From a virus (lineage: Duplodnaviria; Heunggongvirae; Uroviricota; Caudoviricetes): a stretch of DNA of 10,564 nucleotides. Below, piece after piece: positions 6,812 through 10,564 of the stretch. Position 1 is the first letter of the stretch. Each line of letters starts with the position of its first letter. Where the stretch lies: the IMG/VR virus record IMGVR_UViG_3300029841_000003. One strand, given 5' to 3'. Under the pieces are notes generated by a model, which saw nothing but the letters and a program-made list of their open reading frames with translations, searched no databases and was not told the DNA's origin. The translations under genes were made by a program, and so were the position numbers.

Positions 6812-8686
6812 ATGAAAAACAAGTATCTTACCAGATTCTTATGTCTGACATTGATGTCAGGAATGGTATTATCCGGTCCTGCGTCCGTACTTGCAGCAGA
6901 GGATACTGCTGCGTATACAGCAGACGGTTCTGATTTCAGCGATTCCGGTGATTTTGATTCAGGATCAGAGGATCCGGCGCCGGCAGATCCGACTCCTGCA
7001 GAGCCAACACCTGCGCCGGTAGATCCGACACCTGCAGACCCGACACCTGCACCGGTAGATCCGACACCAACACCTGCAGAGCCAACACCTGCACCGGCAG
7101 ATCCGACTCCGACACCAACAGATCCTACTCCGACACCTGCGAATCCTACACCAACACCGTCTTCACAGATTACGAAGGCAGCCCAGGATGTGATCGACAG
7201 AATCAAAGAGTTGAACGCACAGACCATCACGCTGGAGAAGAAAGCCACTGTTCAGAGCATCCGCACTGCATATAATGCCCTGTCTGATACAGAGAAGGCA
7301 CAGGTTTCTAATTATAATCTGCTGGTTCAGGCAGAAGCGACTATTGCTCAGCTGGAAGCGCAGAAGAACAATGCGAATACGAATAATCCATTTACGAGTA
7401 ATACCAGTGCTGCACAGACCGGAACTCCGGTATATTATGCGTCCAATATCCACGCAGGTAAGGATTTCTATCTGGACAGCCTGAAGAATAACTACAATCT
7501 GACCTTCTCAGATGATTTCGCTTCTGTTATGGATGAGATCGAGAAGGAATATAAAGAGAAGAACAAAGTAGCAGATGCCAGCGATGTAAACGGCAGCAAG
7601 ACCACCACATCTGCAGACAGTCTTCTGGTAAGAAACTGGCAGGATATCCTTGCAGTCTATGTATATCAGCAGAGCCAGGACGGAAAAACAGAATTTACCC
7701 TGGATTCTTCCTGCAAGAAAGACCTTGCGAAAATCTTTGCAGAGATGAACCCGATCGTAAGGGACAAGCAGGATATCACTCACGTTACATACGCTAATCG
7801 TAAAATCAACTACTATATTAAGAAAAATAAAATCGCAAAAAAGGATCGTACGATCCTTAAGAAATATGTGGAGACAGACTGCAAACTCCTCTGCGCGGTA
7901 GTAACAGCTGCCAACGGTTTTGTCCGCGAGAGTGTAGGGGATGATGTTTCCGAGGAAAGAGTAAATGTTATTTCCGCAGCCTATTCACTGGTTGGTAAAG
8001 TCGGTTACTTCTGGGGCGGCAAATCCACAGTGATCGGTGAAGATCCAGGCTGGGGAACCAGCGAGAAGGTATCAGCCGAGGGAAGCAAGAGCACCGGAAC
8101 CATCCGCGCATACGGACTGGACTGCAGTGGTTTTGTCACCTGGGCAGTGATCAACGGATATCAGGATAAAGCAATGCAGGAAGCTGTAGGTGACGGAACT
8201 TCCGATCAGTGGGAGAAAGCAAACGTGGTAACTGAGGCAGATGCACAGCCCGGAGATCTGGTGTTCCAGAAAGGACCGGAAGCAGGAAGCGATAATCATG
8301 TAGGTATTCTCTGCGGTAAAACAGACGCAGGTGACTGGATCGCAGTACACTGCTCCTCCGGCAAGAATGGAGTAACAGTAGGCGAAGCATACAGTGCAAG
8401 CTTCCGTTACATCCGCCAGCCATCCTTCTACCCGACACAGGAACAGGTTCAGGAAATGCAGAGCAGCAGTACGGTAAGCACAACAACAGGTGATGCAGCA
8501 GCTTCCACAGGAACAGATATCTTTTCTGCAAATGTGACAGTAAGCAATACTCTGCAGGATGCGATGAAGTCAAATACTTCCGACTCAACAGGATTCACAA
8601 CATTGGAATCCACTGAGAAGACTTCCATCCTTCCGGATAAGATTGATCTGTCAAAAGAGAAAGTCGCTGTATTTAAGGCAAAATAA
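6812..8686 (+). CDS. Secreted NlpC/P60 (C40) cell-wall peptidase with Pro-rich linker; alternative start 6779
   Basis: Signal peptide MKNKYLTRFLCLTLMSGMVLSGPASVLA; Pro/Thr repeats; YFWGG, GLDCSGFV (catalytic Cys), PGDLVF, HVGI, VHCS; Ser/Thr-rich tail. Both ATG 6779 (AGGGGG SD) and ATG 6812 (GGGAG SD) are plausible. Confidence 0.9.
   Translation: MKNKYLTRFLCLTLMSGMVLSGPASVLAAEDTAAYTADGSDFSDSGDFDSGSEDPAPADPTPAEPTPAPVDPTPADPTPAPVDPTPTPAEPTPAPADPTPTPTDPTPTPANPTPTPSSQITKAAQDVIDRIKELNAQTITLEKKATVQSIRTAYNALSDTEKAQVSNYNLLVQAEATIAQLEAQKNNANTNNPFTSNTSAAQTGTPVYYASNIHAGKDFYLDSLKNNYNLTFSDDFASVMDEIEKEYKEKNKVADASDVNGSKTTTSADSLLVRNWQDILAVYVYQQSQDGKTEFTLDSSCKKDLAKIFAEMNPIVRDKQDITHVTYANRKINYYIKKNKIAKKDRTILKKYVETDCKLLCAVVTAANGFVRESVGDDVSEERVNVISAAYSLVGKVGYFWGGKSTVIGEDPGWGTSEKVSAEGSKSTGTIRAYGLDCSGFVTWAVINGYQDKAMQEAVGDGTSDQWEKANVVTEADAQPGDLVFQKGPEAGSDNHVGILCGKTDAGDWIAVHCSSGKNGVTVGEAYSASFRYIRQPSFYPTQEQVQEMQSSSTVSTTTGDAAASTGTDIFSANVTVSNTLQDAMKSNTSDSTGFTTLESTEKTSILPDKIDLSKEKVAVFKAK
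6971..7159 (+). repeat. Coding tandem repeats (D/E)PTPA / (D/E)PTPAP(A/V) / DPTPTP
   Basis: Mixed 15- and 21-bp degenerate units such as GATCCGACACCTGCA and GAGCCAACACCTGCACCGGCA. Confidence 0.9.
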
Positions 8687-8693
8687 AATGTAT

Positions 8694-8741
8694 AAAAGAA
8701 GAGAAAGTCATACAAAAAAGTCTGGCTTTCCCTTCTTTTTT
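8694..8741 (+). terminator. Rho-independent terminator after the NlpC/P60 gene
   Basis: AAAAGAAGAGAAAGTCATAC / GTCTGGCTTTCCCTTCTTTT imperfect inverted repeat ending in a T run. Confidence 0.65.
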
Positions 8742-8971
8742 CGTGTATAAACTTTTTTATCTGTTAACTTAAACGGTTAAGTAAAACTGACGAATTTGCT
8801 TATTGGTCTGCGGAATATGCTTCAAAAACGAAAAAAATATTCAAAAATATGGAAACCCCTGGAGAGTACAAAAACCTGTGAGTAGATGGATATTTATATC
8901 ATCAAAAGCATATTCGTTGAAGTAGGAATGGAACATAAAAGTTTATAATTTTTTATAAGTTTTCAGTAACG

Positions 8972-9184
8972 GTGTCATTAATCTATATGAAGGGATTTGA
9001 GAGAGATACGATCATGTATGAAAAAGGTCAGGAAGCTGAACGCAAAAATACAGAAAGGGAACGTCAGAGAGCGGATTTTGCTGAAAAAGAAAAAATAAAG
9101 GCCCCAAAAGAGACAACAGAAGCACTTAAAAGAGTAGCTGAACTGGAGAAGATTTTGCAATGTAAAACTACGGAGGGTAAATAA
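8972..9184 (+). pseudogene. Probable C-terminal fragment of an Rpn / PD-(D/E)XK 'transposase' family gene
   Basis: YMKGFERD...EKGQEAERKNTERERQRAD..EKE...RVAELEK resembles, from recollection, the charged coiled-coil tails of clostridial Rpn proteins; no nuclease domain upstream; followed by a terminator. Confidence 0.5.
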
Positions 9185-9198
9185 GATTATCTTAAGAT

Positions 9199-9235
9199 AG
9201 CCACAGACTGGCACCCATCCAGCCTGCGGCTTTTT
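9199..9235 (+). terminator. Hairpin/terminator, copy 1
   Basis: AGCCACAGACTGG-7 nt-CCAGCCTGCGGCT-TTTT. Confidence 0.65.
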
Positions 9236-9252
9236 CACCCACTATTTTTGAG

Positions 9253-9281
9253 TTGACTTTTTGGCACATTGCGCATATACT
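9253..9281 (+). promoter_or_regulatory. Strong sigma-A promoter for the antitoxin sRNA
   Basis: TTGACT (9253-9258), 17 bp spacer, TATACT (9276-9281); no credible ORF downstream. Confidence 0.75.
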
Positions 9282-9285
9282 AACA

Positions 9286-9360
9286 GTAGCTAAGGAATGT
9301 GGTGAGATTCCTTGAAGCAAAACAAAAACCCTCAGAGTGCCAGCTCTGGGGGCTTTCTTG
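9286..9360 (+). ncRNA. Putative type I antitoxin sRNA (~75 nt)
   Basis: Lies between a promoter and a terminator. Contains hairpin AAGGAAT-gtggtgag-ATTCCTT. AGTAGCTAA (9285-9293) and AATGTGGTGAGA (9296-9307) recur at 9431-9439 and 9466-9477, so they are complementary to the toxin mRNA. Confidence 0.72.
9325..9359. terminator. Bidirectional terminator shared by toxin mRNA and antitoxin RNA
   Basis: AAAAA-CCCTCAGAG-tgccag-CTCTGGGGG-CTTTCTT, with an A run on the left and a T-rich run on the right. Confidence 0.75.
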
Positions 9361-9398
9361 CTCGTTACGGTGAGCTATTCCGTTTAGACTGTTGCTGT

Positions 9399-9488
9399 CT
9401 ATCGTCTGCTGTCCAGCCATTTGCATATGTAGTAGCTAACTACGCCTGCTATAACAGAGACAAGAAATGTGGTGAGAATTTCTTCCAT
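9399..9488 (-). CDS. Type I toxin, Fst/Ldr-like small membrane peptide MEEILTTFLVSVIAGVVSYYICKWLDSRR (29 aa)
   Basis: Manual translation, below the ORF track cutoff. SD GAGGTG 6 nt before ATG, single hydrophobic helix, Trp near the end, charged tail, own promoter and convergent sRNA. Confidence 0.85.
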   Translation of the reverse strand: MEEILTTFLVSVIAGVVSYYICKWLDSRR

Positions 9489-9529
9489 GGAGTCCACCTC
9501 TTTTCTGCTGGAGGTTCGACAGCTTTTTG

Positions 9530-9558
9530 AGTATAACATGTTTTAGAACAAATTGGAA
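9530..9558 (-). promoter_or_regulatory. Promoter of the toxin mRNA
   Basis: Minus strand TTCCAA (9558-9553), 17 bp spacer, TGt-TATACT (extended -10, 9538-9530); start near 9523. Confidence 0.6.
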
Positions 9559-9725
9559 TAGTAAAACCTGGCATGAGTTAACTGATAGAGGCAGTTAGGG
9601 GAGAACCCTCTGCCGGGACTGGTATTAATACTGAACAGGTCTGGCGGGGTCGCACCCCTGTCGGGAAAATAAAGAAACAAAATATGTTTTAAAAGTCCTC
9701 TAAAGAAAGTATAAAAATCTAATCA

Positions 9726-9762
9726 GGTCACAGACTGGAATCCGCTCAGTCTGTGGCTTTTT
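9726..9762 (+). terminator. Hairpin/terminator, copy 2 (homologous to 9199-9235)
   Basis: GGTCACAGACTGG-7 nt-TCAGTCTGTGGCT-TTTT; 28/37 identical to copy 1. Confidence 0.65.
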
Positions 9763-9763
9763 A

Positions 9764-9946
9764 GTCATGAATAATTATGATTATAATTGACTTTAATCGC
9801 GTTTTTGTTATGTACGGTCAAGTTTAATCCTGTTTATAGATGACTTGCAATTGTATTTCTATTATTTTAAGTCAATCATAATTACAAATATAGTTGACTG
9901 CGATTGCACTTTTATTATATAAGGTCAAGCTGAAGCATGTTTATAA
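9764..9946. repeat. Degenerate 53/54-bp tandem array, GTCAA-N18-TTGAC-N25/26 (about 3.5 units)
   Basis: GTCA(A/T) at 9764, 9817, 9871, 9924; (T/A)TGAC at 9787, 9840, 9894. Confidence 0.75.
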
Positions 9947-9969
9947 GGCAGTTGGAGTCAGAACCGGTT

Positions 9970-10009
9970 GGGAGCACGCCTCAAGGACTGTTTTTGAGGC
10001 GCTCCCTTT
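9970..10009 (+). terminator. GC-rich hairpin, possible terminator
   Basis: GGGAGC-ac-GCCTCAAGGA-ctg-TTTTTGAGGC-GCTCCC-TTT. Confidence 0.5.
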
Positions 10010-10042
10010 ATGAAATTAAGAAATTAAGAAAAAATATTATTG

Positions 10043-10072
10043 TTGTACTGCATGATGAGTAAGTGGTATAAT
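10043..10072 (+). promoter_or_regulatory. Promoter of the GGDEF gene
   Basis: TTGTAC (10043-10048), 18 bp spacer, TGg-TATAAT (10064-10072). Confidence 0.6.
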
Positions 10073-10125
10073 AATACAAGTTTATATTGCAGAAAAAAGC
10101 TGTTGTTCGTGAGAGGCTGGGAATA

Positions 10126-10564
10126 ATGATTGAGTGGAAACAAATGACGATGCAGGAAGCAGAGAATAAAATGGAGGTGCTTCGGGAGATTTTTGATGTA
10201 GTCCGTCTCCTGAAAGGGAGTGATCTGCAGACTGACGGAATGGAAAATAAGCTTGAAGGAAAACATCTTTGCCAGTGTTATGCTTTCTGGAATAAAGATA
10301 AAAGATGTGAGAATTGCATTTCCCTTAAAGCACTGGAGGAGAAGAAACAGACATCCAAAATTGAATTCCTTGATTCTGATATGTATCAGGTATTTGTAAG
10401 GTATCTGGAGATTGATGATGAGCCCTATGTAATGGAAATGCTGAAAAAGCTGGACGAGAACACGCTGACAGATGAGGAAGGATATGAAAAACTGACGGAA
10501 AAGCTGACAGTATATAGCGAAAAGCTGTATAAGGATGTGCTGACAGGGGCGTATAACCGCAGAT
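10126..10564 (+). CDS. GGDEF-domain (diguanylate cyclase-type) signalling protein, 5' part; runs off the right edge
   Basis: Not in the ORF track. GAGAGG SD, open frame MIEWKQMTMQEAENKMEVLREIFDVVRLL...CQCYAFWNKDKRCENCIS...LYKDVLTGAYNRR; DxLTGxYNRR marks the start of GGDEF domains. The GGDEF motif itself lies outside the window. Confidence 0.8.
   Translation, partial: MIEWKQMTMQEAENKMEVLREIFDVVRLLKGSDLQTDGMENKLEGKHLCQCYAFWNKDKRCENCISLKALEEKKQTSKIEFLDSDMYQVFVRYLEIDDEPYVMEMLKKLDENTLTDEEGYEKLTEKLTVYSEKLYKDVLTGAYNRR

Noticed and set aside
6658..7248. Gly/Val-repeat minus-strand ORF
   Set aside because: Mirror of the Pro/Thr codon repeats in the NlpC/P60 gene.
9312..9530. 72-aa + strand ORF
   Set aside because: TTG start without SD, runs through a terminator, and is antisense to the well-supported toxin peptide.
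9764..9946. CRISPR interpretation of the periodic array
   Set aside because: Conserved parts are only about 5-9 bp, spacers resemble each other, and no cas genes are present.
9579..10009. c-di-GMP riboswitch upstream of the GGDEF gene
   Set aside because: No class I or class II consensus recognised, and the gene's promoter lies downstream of these structures.
10024..10266. 80-aa minus ORF
   Set aside because: Antisense to the GGDEF gene and its promoter.

Overview
Chromosomal segment from a low-GC Firmicute. The gene set and sigma-A promoters suggest a Lachnospiraceae (Blautia-like) gut anaerobe, which is inference. The left part is housekeeping: a partial, divergently transcribed polysaccharide deacetylase with cell-wall-binding repeats, then an rluF-ligA-metA run. 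In that run rluF looks leaderless and overlaps ligA by 203 bp. The middle holds helically phased 11-bp repeats, an AT-rich Uma2-family nuclease gene, a small hypothetical protein, a Zn-dependent phospholipase C-family gene and a secreted Pro-rich NlpC/P60 peptidase. The ~1.4 kb 'intergenic' region 8690-10120 is the richest part. It contains a probable Rpn C-terminal fragment and a complete Fst/par-like type I toxin-antitoxin module missed by the ORF track (29-aa membrane peptide plus a convergent ~75-nt sRNA with two direct-repeat pairing sites). That module is bracketed by two homologous hairpins. The region also holds a GC-rich structured stretch and a degenerate 53/54-bp array of alternating GTCAA/TTGAC half-sites. 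The window ends in the start of a GGDEF-domain gene.
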